A DNA stretch of 64,000 nt from Orbicella franksi (taxonomy: Eukaryota): the NCBI GenBank assembly GCA_964199315.1, contig OZ116706.1:28520001-28584000 (forward strand). The letters are read 5' to 3'. Positions 51,053 to 63,333 of this stretch are shown in pieces (the first letter of the stretch is position 1; each line of letters starts with the position of its first letter). A program made the translations under genes and the position numbers. Under the pieces are notes generated by a model. It was not told where the DNA came from. It worked only from the letters and a program-made list of their open reading frames with translations, and did not search any database.

Positions 51053-53961
51053 TCAAAGGAAGGAATCTTGAGGTGCTGAATGGAGCTCTTCGTAGTTATT
51101 AAACTCGCTTTCTTCCTCGGCCAGTGGCAGGAGCTGAGGCATGGGAATGTTTGGAATATTTAGTTGCATGGAGGCAAGGCTTTGTGGAGACAGTGGATTG
51201 AGAGTTGGCGAGACAAGCGAGCTCCGTTGTTCAGGAGAACTTTCCTTGATAATGGCTGGTGTTCCCTTCGTTGAGGAAGATGATGCAGTGGTTTTCTGCT
51301 TTGGAGTTTTAGTCCTTGGTTTCTTTGCGGGTGGTTCTTTAGGGACTTTATCTGATGTGTACTTTTTCATTTCTTTTTCATATCTTTCCTTGTCTTTTTC
51401 ATACATTTCATAATAAACCTGCAACATCAACAAAGTCAACATTCAAGATTATTTTAAATGCATGACTGAATAGAAATTCATCATGTGCAATCATTGCACA
51501 CCTCTGTCCACAATATATTTCTTAGAACTCTGCTACAACTCTCCAAACACTGGTAGAAAACCTACCACCTCCTCTCCTATATGGTGGTTTCAATGTAATC
51601 ACTACGATCACTGCAATCCCTAGGATTGCTGAAAAGAAAGTTTAGCAACCTTTGAGACAGTATAGAAGCACCCTTTTGCAATCCTAGCGCAAATAACATT
51701 TCAACCATCATTGTGATCAGTTTGACACCACTCTCCAGAGATTGTATTGATTGTTGCACTGATTAATATACCCAAACACACAGAGCCATAGACTACTCCA
51801 TGTCCTCTTTGGCATATTTTAATTCTCTGGTGACGGTGTTGATCGTATAGAAACTGGTCAGCAAGTGAAGCTGCACGGATTGTTCATCTTCTTTTGTAGC
51901 AGTTACAGTAACTGCAGCAATAGCACCCAGCCTAACTGAACACTCAGTTGTAATCTTAGTCACACACAGACACTTCACTTCAAATCTGCCACATTAAAAA
52001 TGGACACCTATCTCAAGTAGACATCGGCAGTTTCAAGGCTAGGAGGGTGTCTCCATAAGAGGTTCAACAAGATTCAACAGCTCTGACTTTTGATAATTCA
52101 TTCTACAACATTCTGACACTTACACAGGAAAAAACAGCATTAGAGCTGTCCCCTCATGGCATCAACAACTCTACATACCTTCTTGTCATCTGTAGCTAGA
52201 TTATTCCACTCTTTCGCCAGTGACTTAGTTAATTCGTGATGTCCAATGTTAGGATCCTTTTGATCATCCTGCATGACAGTTCGCTGTTGCTGGCAATACA
52301 TAAAGAATGCATTTGCTGGTTTCTTGGGTGCGTTGGGATCTTTATCCTTGTCCTTGTCCTTTGGTGCATCACGTTTCTTATTCTTTTTTGCTGGCGGTGA
52401 GTCTGGACTCATGAACTCACACGGGAAGAAGGAAGGAGGTGCTGTTTTGGGAAATGCTTCAGAAACTATTTCTGAGAGAAGTTCAGCCTGGCAAGATAAG
52501 AAAATTATGAATATGCCAAGTTTAAGGGACAAGTGCCAAGGAAACAAAAAAAAAATTGCTGAATCATTGTTGATTTTCCACTGAACAGAAAATGATTTTC
52601 ACTGACCACAATGACACTGATTCAAAGAAAAAAAAACTCAATTTATGTTCTAGATTTCCTGAACCTTACCTGAAAAGGTGGCTGTGCATCTCTATAGTCA
52701 TCATTGTAATCATCTAATCTGTCCTTGAGGAAGCTGGTGAAGAGAAAACAGAATTGAAAATTAACTCTTCAATCTTAAAAGAACTTGAATATGTATTCTC
52801 TTCATCTGTATGTGTCGACACACATAGGGGAACAAGTTTCCAGGTCTAGTCCCCATGACAAGTCCCTTGAAGGGTTTACATGAGGGGACTGGTTGCAAGG
52901 GCTAATTCGTTGTACCATTCACACGCCGATATTAACTGCACAGTAACATAGTAAAAACTTGGGGGCAAAAGTTTACATTTCTTTCACCCTGCCACTTTCC
53001 CTATGTAAAACTGATATAAGCCTAATAATCCTAAATTAACAATGTAGCATTGAAATAAATCGTTGCAATGAAAAGAAAATGTAGATTGTTTACCTAAATT
53101 ATCCAGTGCCTCTTTTTTGCGATTTCCAATGACAGAGTTGCCAATATTTTTTGTTGAAAAATTACATCAAAATTCTCGTGTAGAAACACACCATACTGCT
53201 TCTTTGACATCAACGCCATATTCCCAAGCCAAATGGTAAGGCACCATATCAAACAGCTCGTAAGTAGTTATGGGAGTCTTTCATGCGGATCTGTTGTTGG
53301 TTTATTTTAATTTTGTCACAAAAAGTTCACATGAAGGGTTTTAAGGAACAACTCGCAGCCACTTTTAAACTACTGGTCCCTTGAGAAACAGTTAGTTCTA
53401 ATTCTTCCCAACTTCTTCTCTGGAAACATCAAGATATTCAAAAAGACAAAAGAAACAACTGCCTCCTCGGACCTGTAAGCTTAATTATCGACCTTCTTGT
53501 ATATCTTGTAGATAAGCTTATATTCTTACCTTCGCTGCTTTCGGTAACGTTTTAAGAGAGTTTTGACATGGTAAATGCGATTGACAAATCTTTCATTTTC
53601 CTGCAAGTCCAAACAAACAGGCATTAAACTATAAATTCTTAGCCTTCGTTGCAGCCGGACGTTTCAAAAAGTCCTCGGTATAGTATATATACCGGCGGTT
53701 TAGACTGCCTGCGACGCAGGCTATAAATTCTCACCTCGCAGAAAATAACTTAATAAACTAACAGCTTCCTTTTCTGGTGTGTTTTACGCGAACAATTACA
53801 TCGTTAGGAAACAGTGAGAAATTTTCTGTGTAGTTCTCTAGGTAATACATCACCTGCTCGATCTGCCTGCAGTGTTTAAGCAAAGTAAAGTACTTTTCTT
53901 TCCACAGAGTTTCGTGATTTGAAGACACATTAGGAAAGTGTTGCTCGCTTTCGTCCGCCAT
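51053..53961 (-). CDS. TFPT: TFPT/amida-like INO80-complex subunit with HMG box (Nhp10-like), 305 aa
   Basis: Exons 53961-53854, 53600-53530, 52733-52670, 52487-52179, 51418-51053 (918 nt, GT-AG, in phase). N-terminal coil WKEKYFTLLKHCRQIEQENERFVNRIYHVKTLLKRYRKQRRFLKDRLDDYNDDYR resembles human TFPT ([23 protein letters not shown]...RFLMRVLDSYGDDYR). HMG box KDPNAPKKPANAFFMYCQQQR...ELTKSLAKEWNNL...YYEMYEKDKERYEKEMKKY. The symbol is tentative. Confidence 0.8.
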
Positions 53962-56208
53962 ATTGTTTCCATCCCTACCGACAGCCTTTGCGCTATTTGG
54001 ATGAGTTTGGCGGGGAGGGCAGATGGGGCCTGGGCGGGAGTGATGGGGGAGGGAAGTATTTCTTTTCGATTCCGGCCACGCACTTCATTTTTTGGGTTTC
54101 TTCTCTCGTTCTTTTATGGTGTTTCTTCGGAGTAATATTTTTGATAATTACCCAATACTCTCTTTTAACTGTTTTCTTTCAATCAATATTTTGAAAAAGC
54201 AATTCGCTGAGACAAGAGAACACTAATTCGTGAACTTGGGAACACCTTCAATCCTGGCCTTCAACACCCAAAATATGGGAGCAGGCAGTGGATCAAAAAA
54301 TATTTTGTTTACTTTTCCAAAATAAAGGCAAAAGCAACATTTAATGGGCTCTTTGGGCTCCAGTTTTCTATGAGCGAATAGTAATAGGGCTGAATTAAAC
54401 GCGTTGTTTTTATACCTACCTGCACCTTTGGCCCGGGGGTGGAGGGACTCGCATATGAAAAGGCCGGGGAGGCGCATCGGAAAATTTGAATTAAACCCCT
54501 AACGGAGACCAAACTGGGACGGGGCTCGGGCTCAATCACCAGCAACTGTTCAGGTGAGAGAGACCGCGCTGGAAGACCGGACTCGAGAGACTAGCGGAAA
54601 TCGAGCCTAAAAACGGAAATAAGAACGTTTGGTTATCATTCATTCGAGTGCACCCCAAAAGACACTTTGGCAGCTCAAAATAGCATGAATACCCTAATTT
54701 AGACCAGAATCCTTGATTTATACCCCTTAGTCTCTCTCCTCTTCAGAGGCCTCTTTCGTGCTGCCTTGACCGTAGGTTGGTAGTTCGGAGGCTGGAGAGA
54801 GGGAAAAACGGAAGAGCGCGGGGAACGCCCCTCGTCCTCCACGCGCCTTCCACACCCAATATCCAATTTCACACAGGTAGCCTCTGCAGAGGAGAGAGCC
54901 CCTAAATGGGACAACGAGCATTCCCGACCTTTTCAACTGGGAGTCCCCTCCCGGGCCTTTTGGTACGGTTCGGCGGCATATCAGGCGAATTTGGTCGATC
55001 CGTGGTTCGTATTTTGGTGAGACGCTGTCGAGCCGGCCCTGTCGAAACAAAATACAATGGTGGGTAAGAAAGTTAATCCCCTATAGGCCTTATTTCCGGA
55101 AAACTCAAAAGGTGCAAGGAATAGCTAATCCTGTGACGCTGAATTCAGGCAAAATGTGAGAATGTTGCTTATTTCGAGGGTCTTTCAATTAATTCTGCCG
55201 CGTTCTGCCTGTTCCGCAATCTCAATCCCAGGCTCTCTCTCCCTTGCCTCAAAGGAAGCAAAGGCGAGAGAGCTTGGGATCGAGGTTGCTTGTTTCGGCA
55301 CACGTAGTGCGCGCGAAGTAGCTACCTCCCAAAGACCACATCCTCTCAGAACAGAAGGAATGAAAAACAGGAAAGAGAATTGAGATGCTGCTCATGTGGC
55401 ACAAAAGAAAGGAAGTTTATTACTTAACTTTTTTTTAGCAATTTATTCATATCATATCTATTATAAATAAAGGCTATAAATCAATACATCATATACGTTC
55501 TATTTCAGCTGTTACAAAACGTTTTGTAACATAACATATACTCTGATTGGTTGTTCCGTCGTTTTCCATAGGACTATATGTAAACACGGTGTTCCTCCAT
55601 TTTGTTGGATTTATCCTCTTGTTAACAAAATAGAAAACGAAAGCTTCCACTTTAAAAGCACTTTTGATGCAAACACTCAACAAGTATGCAAAAAAGTTTA
55701 CAGTAAAGGTCTGACTGCAGCATGGGTTTCAAAGAACTTTCGATTTCTCTCAAATTATCTCGTATATGAACTTACGTAAACAAGCGGGCCACTTTTTTCA
55801 GTACTTTCTAATTAAAAAACTGTTATATAATCTATTCAAGCCAAATGCTTTTCTTTTAAATACATTTTTTGAAAAACTCAACTTAAAGTGGTCTTTTGTG
55901 GCTATTTTAGTTTTAGTAAAAGCTTTTAAAAAATGTCTCAAAGTTCTGCAACCAGGTGAGTAACTCAAAACCCGCCAGCTGCAGACGTCTGACTGACAAA
56001 GTTTGAAGTTTCCTTTCTAAACTATGAGATTTTGACAAAGAGCTGAATAAAAAAATCAGCTGACAACTAAAAACAGTACGCAAACAGTCTCGCAAAATTA
56101 GACGCTTTCCGATCCCTGTGAATTTGCTGGAGTAGCTGCCGTCCACTAAAACACAAGGCTAAACTAGTAGGCGAACAGATGCAAACCAAACATCATGTTT
56201 CAGCTAAT

Positions 56209-59200
56209 TCAACTATCTTCCTTATCCACGCCAGTGGGACCATCACCAAAAGTGAGAACAGGGTTATCGTAAGCATGCCTCGATTCTTCCTGGGGACTCT
56301 CATTATCCAGTAAAAGCTGCCGACTTCCAACCGATCCAGAGGACTTGGGGATATCTTCGCTGGGTTCGGCGACAGTTATTTCTTTCACTGAGAGCTTTGG
56401 GAGGTTCTTCCACTCCGGCATACCCATAGCTCCTACATTAAACTTTTCTTCTTTCGCATCACTGCGGTTTGATGCCGCAACACGGCCGCCGGTGGAAGCT
56501 ACATCGTATGGATAAGCCCCTGCCTCTGCTTGAAACTCATCGTCCGCATTAGGGTCAGGGGCTGCGGCATCCTGTTCCACAGGCTCACCATAGTAGTTCA
56601 TCCTGGAATACTGACTGCTCGCGCGAGGAACACCTTGAAATCGTCTTAGTTCATAATTTGCGTCACTGGGGAGGAAGAAGCTGCCCTCGCGCCGATCCCG
56701 ACGGCATCGCGCAACCAACACAATGAAGCCCACGATGAAGATGAGCGCCATAAGAGCACCAAACGTTATGTAAAGGATAAAAGCGATTTCACTCTTCTTA
56801 CCTTCTGTCGTGGGAGCCAGTGTAGATGGTGTAGTTGGCCGTACAACTTCTAGTTTACTTGCTCTAAACGTTTTGTTATCAACAGTTACACTGATATTCC
56901 CGTTGTCGACTAGTTTCTTCAACAACTGTGAAACATTTGCCTTTCCACTCGTTCCACTGATTGTAAAAGTGACTCTTATTGAGCCGCAGACAATATCATT
57001 GACGGCGATAGCCTCTTCCGGGATGCCCAGTTTTTCAGCCACTTCACGTACGAACTCTTGTTGAAATTTCTTTTCCGTCTCCTTATTACCCACGACGTCT
57101 CCACAATTTCCTTCAAACTCGATGACAATGGTTTCATTTTCATAAACAGGTGGTTTTTCAGTAACCACCGCGGGCGACGATGAAGGAAGTGGTTCTCTTT
57201 TTGTGGAGGTAGGCAAAACAACGGCAGACGTAGACAGTCTTGTTGATCCTGATGTCATAGAACTTGATAAAACTCTTAGAGGGGTAGAACTTGTTTCCAC
57301 AGGAGTTAATGGGGTACTGATTACAGGTAACGACGAGGAAACGATTGGTTGTAAAGTGGTTGCAACTGGACTCTTTTGGCCCGAAGTCGAAGACGGCCCC
57401 AAAGTTTCTGAAGGTAGAGAACTGGAAAACGGAGAGATTAAAGAAGATGGCAAACTTGCAACTGAAGATGACGGCTTGATAGGTACAATCAATGTTGTTG
57501 CTTGTGTTTTGGTAAATGAGCTAACAACCATGGAACTTGACCTGGATTCGCTTTCAGTAGGTCTTACTGCAACAGAACTAAACATAGAAGGGCTAACTGG
57601 TAGAGATGCAGTTGGAGCTGTTACTTTAGTAGTCACCGGAACCGACGTAGATTGGCCAACCGGAGAAGAAACAACTGGCGCCGTTGTAGCACCAGAACTT
57701 GGAGCTACTGCCTGCGAAGTCAAGGAGTTCGACACTGTTCGGCCAACAGCAGTACTTGAACTTAGCCTTGAACTAGGAAGTGGCAACTTGGTCTTCATGG
57801 AACTCGACACGGATTCGCTAACAGCAGGACTTGAACTTGGAATTGGCACCTTGATCGTCGTGGAACTCGACACGGATTGGCTAACAGCAGGACTTGAACT
57901 TGGAATTGGCACCTTGATCGTCGTGGAACTCGACACGGATTGGCTAACAGCAGGACTTGAACTTGGAATTGGCACCTTGATCGTCGTGGAACTCGACACG
58001 GATTGGCTAACAGCAAGACTTGAACTTGGAACTGGCACCTTCATCGTCGTGGAACTCGACATGGATTGGCTAACAGCTAAACTTGAACTAGGAATTAACA
58101 CCTTGGTCGTCATGGAACTCGACACGGATTGGCTAACAGCAGGACTTGAACTTGGAATTGGCACCTTCATCGTCATGGAACTCGACATGGATTGGCTAAC
58201 AGCTGAACTTGAACTTGGAATTGATACCTTGGTAGTGATGGAACTGGACACGGACTGGCCAACTGCAGGACTTGAACTGGGAACTGGTACGTTAATAGTC
58301 ATGGAGCTCAATACAGACTGGCCAACAACAGGACTTGAACTTGGAGTTGATACCCTAGTAGTCATGGAAATCGATACAGATTGGCCAAATGCAGGACGTG
58401 AACTGGGAACTGATATCTTGGTAGTCATGGTGCTTGACAGGGATTGGACAAAAGTAGAACTTGAGCTTGGAATTGATGCTCTAGGGGTCATAGAGCTGGA
58501 CACGGATTGGACAATAGCAGGACTTGAACTGGGAATTGGCACCTCGGTCGTCAAGGGACTCGAAGCGGATTGGCCAACAGCTGAACTTGAACTTGGAATT
58601 GATACCTTGGTTGACATGGAGCTCGAAACGTACTGGAGAACAGCTAGACTTGAGCTTGAGCCCGACACCTTAGTAGTCATGGAGCGCGACACGGATTGGC
58701 CAAAAGCAGGACTTGCACTTGGACCTGGTAACTTAGTACTGATGGAGCTCGATACTGACTGGACAATAGCAGGACTTGAACTGGGAACTGATAGCTTAAT
58801 AGTCATGGAACTAGACACGGATTGGCTGACGGAGCTAGACAAGGACTGGGGAATAGCAGGACTCAAACTTGGACCTGATACATTGGTCGACATGGAGCTC
58901 GACATGGATTGGTCAACATATCTCCTCTCTCTGTGGTGGACGTTACCCTTCTCTCTCTGGAACAGCTCGATCACTGCACTCTCCAGATTCCTTGCAGAAA
59001 TTAAACGGACTTTCCTTGAAGCGAAACGATCCTCGTCATCAAGACTACTTGACCGAGGATCAAAGTCTCCAGGTGATATCAATGAGATCATTTTCTAGAA
59101 TAGAAAGAAAATAAATCATTCGTAAGATGAGGTTACTTACCCTACAAAAACACAATTACTTCCGAACAAATCAATGGAAAAAAATTCCGTAATGGGGTTG

Positions 59201-60481
59201 ACAAATATCGCAACGTTTTCCACCATGTGCAGTGCTCCCAAATTGCCACTTATATGCGCGTCCCTATAAACTGACAATTCTTTTTTATTCGGAATCCAGA
59301 ACTCCGTTTTGCCTCTTGAAACAGACGAAATTTCGTCTTGAAAATCAGCAAAATACACATCTCATTTACAAAGTGCGTTAGGGCAAAATTATGACGGCCA
59401 CACAATACATAAATATCAATTAAATTAGCCATTTCAAATTGAATCTTTCAGTGGCCTTTTTTCTCCAAAAGTAATTTCTCAGATGGTTAACAGGAAAACT
59501 TTGGTTTAAGGGTTATTTCTTCAGGCATGGTCAACATATGATTCAGTGGCGGATCCAGACCTTGAGCTAAAGCGGGGGCGGGGGGGAGGGGGGGGAGCTG
59601 TTTTTTTTTTTTTTTTTGCTTGCCCTGCCGGTTTTTCTTCCTTCTGTGATTTTTTTTCTTTTTTAACCCAAAATAGGGAGGCAGGCCTCCCTGGGCCCTT
59701 CCCCTAGATCCACCACTGTGATTGATTTGAATACTGGTTCCTGCACTGAGATTGGAGCCCCACTCCACCAACCCCCTCCCCCCTCCACTCCTACATATAT
59801 TCCTCCCAATTACCAAGGGTAGTTGAAAAACAAAATGTCCCATTAATTGATACAGACTTCATTATACTGAACATGCAGAATGGCTAAACATTACCATTCC
59901 ATCAGCTGCCACAACATCACCCTGAATCACCCATATCATTAGTTTGGTGTCCAAGGGGAGCATACCTTAAAAGAAATAACCCAAGTCAATGAAGTCTTTA
60001 ATATTTAGTAGTAACGTTTTACATGTTAATAAACATAAATAAACAGTAGAAGTCAGAGTTTTCTATTTAATATCTTTATGTGTAAAAGGTGAGAGCAAGG
60101 GAGGGTGCAGGGGTATAATGCCAGTTCCCCGCGAACATTTTGAAAAATTGTCTTGCTTGTTTCCTTGAATTTAACTGCAGCAGTGTGACTTAAAGTGAAG
60201 TATTCAAAGCAGATAAAGGTGTGTTATAATTTTGTGTCAAATTATTTTCTACATCAAAATGAACTAGTGAGATACTTTGGTGGCAACTGGTGTTGTTTTA
60301 GCACGAGAGCCCAAGACTATGTTCATTTGCATGAGTCCCAATGTGTAGGACATGAGAACTAAAAAACAATCAGAGGCCTATGTTCATTGGATCAAACTAC
60401 CTTTTCTTTGAGCAGAAATTAATATCTGTGGAACATCTGCTTTACTGTCGGCGACACAGATAATAACATTTGCCTCCTCTT
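56209..60481 (-). CDS. Type-I membrane mucin-like protein, 3' exons: Ser/Thr repeat stalk, SEA-like domain, single TM, cytoplasmic tail
   Basis: Exons 60481-60401 (phase 1-1), 59965-59895 (1-0) and 59094-56209 join in frame with strong acceptors. Contains HHRERR, ~18 x 21-aa S/T/P repeats, a SEA-like segment with CGSIRVTFTI, TM IAFILYITFGALMALIFIVGFIVLVA followed by RCRR, and a Tyr-containing tail with YDNPVL. Confidence 0.85.
57780..58911 (-). repeat. Coding 63-bp (21-aa) tandem repeat, ~18 units
   Basis: Consensus SSSxTxKVPIPSSSPAVSQSV; near-identical 63-bp copies around 57800-58030. Confidence 0.92.
59544..59718. mobile_element. GC-rich MITE, same family as 6807-6956
   Basis: CAGTGGCGGATCC...GATCCACCACTG flanked by TGATT on both sides; interior is the reverse complement of the 6.8 kb copy. 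Confidence 0.8.
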
Positions 60482-61324
60482 CTAAAAGCCATGGAAGCAT
60501 TTCTTTTTTTGAAATGGACAATGTTCTGTTAAAAAAAAATTAACAATGAGTATGAAAACTGTTGAAAGAAAAAAGTAGAAAGGAGAATAAACAATTACAA
60601 GATCTGTTAAGTTTGAAGACCCTCTTGTTCATCTAATAACACAACTCATTTTCTTACTAACACCCCTCCAACAGAGGGCTCTTTGATTTGAACCCCTCCT
60701 ACCCTGTGGAAATTCAAGTTTTGGTTCATATTTTCCTTTAACAATTTTGGCTTTTGAGAATCCTCTCCTTCTTGGAATTTCACATAACCCTCCAACCCTC
60801 CTTAGGGTCACTGGACATGGGTATTTTCTTGGGTGGATACAGGATTTTAGAAAAGGGGGCTGAAGATATGGACTGTGGAGGGCAGTCCTCTGTAGGATGT
60901 TAGGGGGACTTCTTCCCCCTCAAACTGTTTAAAATTAAGATCCTTGGAAAAGGGATTCCTGGCATTCTGAGGCCACATAAGCATGTTGTAATGTCTCATT
61001 TATTTTTAATTTTAGGGGTTCTACTGAACCCCCCAATTACCCCCCCCCCCCCTTTAGATTCGACCCAGATTTTCTGGAGCCACGCATTCCAGTGAGGTCA
61101 GTGGTATATTCCATTATTTTTGTTGAAGGACTCTTCAGGGGATGGGAAAGGGAGTTTTACACATTCATTGTTTTATATACCTAAATTTATTCATCATTGA
61201 TTGATAAAATACAATCTGCAATAATATTTTTATTGTAAATAATTTGCATTCCTTATTTCTAAATATGTGACATAATACAGGTTGGAGACTGAGCATGCAA
61301 GACTAATTTGAATTTGCAAAATAC

Positions 61325-63333
61325 CTATCAACAATGACGACATAAGAATCTACGTACAGCAATCCCACTGAGGAAGAGGGGCAGACTACCAAGACTCAAG
61401 AGATACTACTAAAACGGCTTAAGTAGGACCACACTCCAAGGTTTATACCCCTAAGTGAGACAATGAGCATCCCCGACCTTTTCACACGGGAGTCCCAGCT
61501 CCCCGCCCCACACACACACACCCCACCCCCCCGCCTCTGCTGGGACAGACATATTTAGGTTTCAACAAATTTTGTCCAGTGTTTGAATAGCTAATATTTT
61601 TCATTTAATAATTCTTGGACAACCATAATATTTTTGAGGAAGGAAGAATAATTTCATAAAATCTGTGGTAAATTATTTTAGAAGCTGACCCAACTGTGTT
61701 TCATGACATCAGAATTAAGATGTTCTGTCAGACGAGAATGGACTCTCTGGCGAATAATTTCTGGTCTTAGTCCTAGGATAAGTTTTGTTTATATAATGTC
61801 ATCACCAGCTTATGAAGTGTGCAAGGCTGTATTTTCAGCTAAGGAGTGAGAACATACAGACAGCTTGGTAGCCTACCCCACCCCCACCCCCACCGCCACC
61901 CCTACCCTCCTGCATAGGAAAGATCAATGAGTTTATAACATTGGATAAACTACAGAATGTTTTTTTTTTCTTGACCCCTTAAAATTGGGAGCAAAGTAAA
62001 TGTGTAAGGTAATGCAAATTATTGCCAAATTTTCCTCACTAAACTGTTTCGAAGAAAATGGACTGAAAATAAAGTTACGCAGAACACTTTTAGCTTAAAA
62101 ATTTATTAAGCAGCATCTTAACAAGAGACAAGACAGAAAGCCCAATATATGTTCAAGCTGAGCGCGTGATCATGCCCTCACGCCGTGTGTTGACAATGCT
62201 GCAGATAACAGCTGAAACACTTTCTCTAATGATTCATTCGTCAAAATAGAGTCCCAAGCATAAGTTTAAATAATTTACGACCTCAAAATCGCTACTATTT
62301 TAAATGATACCTCACTATGTAGGCAGATGACACAGTTTTCTCGCAGAAATATCCATCGCCTTTACGCCATATAATTTCATGCGTGCACATCATGGTATTT
62401 CACGTCAACAGTAAAAATTAACCTAGCATGATCAAGTGCCAAATTCCGCGTACGAAAATAATTTCAAGGCAAAGAGTAACCGACTAATTGATGTTGCGTG
62501 GGAAACAAGAGCAAAACTGATATTTTTATGCAGCGTCGCTTAGTAGAAGTTTCGTACTATAAAATTCCAAAGGTTGTAAATGTAGACGAGGTGATAAAGG
62601 AAGGGTAAATAAATTTTCTTGGAGGAAAAATAATATACAGCCGATGTTCTCACCTCAGATATTTGCTCCGTATATCAAGCAATTTTTACCGCTAGAATGA
62701 TCTCAACTATCAATGCGTGAAATCGCTATATGAAAGCTCGCGAGCCGAGACAATTGAAATTACACGCTGTTTTAATCTTGCATTGCTCAACAACACAACA
62801 GAATTCAACAAAACCATTCTTCGCCGTTCTTACCTGTCTTGTACTCTCGACAATGTCCTAAATGAGCCGTGGGATTTGATAAAGCGTCCATCCTGCCCTC
62901 GCTGAACGATCACTAATCTACTGAAAACATCGGCTAAACCTCTGTCTGCTAAAGATGTGTACAGCTTATCAACATTGATCGTCGAATTAGGAAGATCCGT
63001 TACAAGAAATGCTCTTGATCCACCCCAAGTGTTAACTGAGTCGCGAGCTGCAAGTGTTAAAGAAGATGCAATATAATAAAGTGTTAAAATGCAATGCTAT
63101 TCAGACAGTTTTTCCAAATTATTTCACACAACACGCGATTGCAACAGTTTTAGACAAGTTATGTTGTTGATGCTGATGTCCCGCAAGTGAATGGAAATCC
63201 AGCACACCATAGATTTCCTGGAGGAAGAACTCAACGAAGTATCGAAAACAAAGTGTTTCAAAACCAGCAAAATTTTCTTACCTTCACTATCCAAAACACA
63301 GAGTCCAAGAAACAAAACAAAGAAGGCAAGCAT
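61325..63333 (-). CDS. Probable 5' exons of the same membrane protein (signal peptide and N-terminal globular domain); middle exons unresolved
   Basis: 63333-63282 MLAFFVLFLGLCVLDSE (donor G|GTAAGA). 63047-62834 is open for 71 codons with ttgcag| and AG|GTAAGA. Candidates at 62422-62311 (frame problem) and 61367-61325 (xGLLYVDSYVVIVD, strong acceptor). A full in-frame chain to 60481 could not be closed by eye. Confidence 0.55.

Noticed and set aside
53995-54087. Short upstream ORF (MKCVAGIEKKYFPPPSL...) before the TFPT-like start
   Set aside because: Transcription start unknown, so it cannot be called a uORF.
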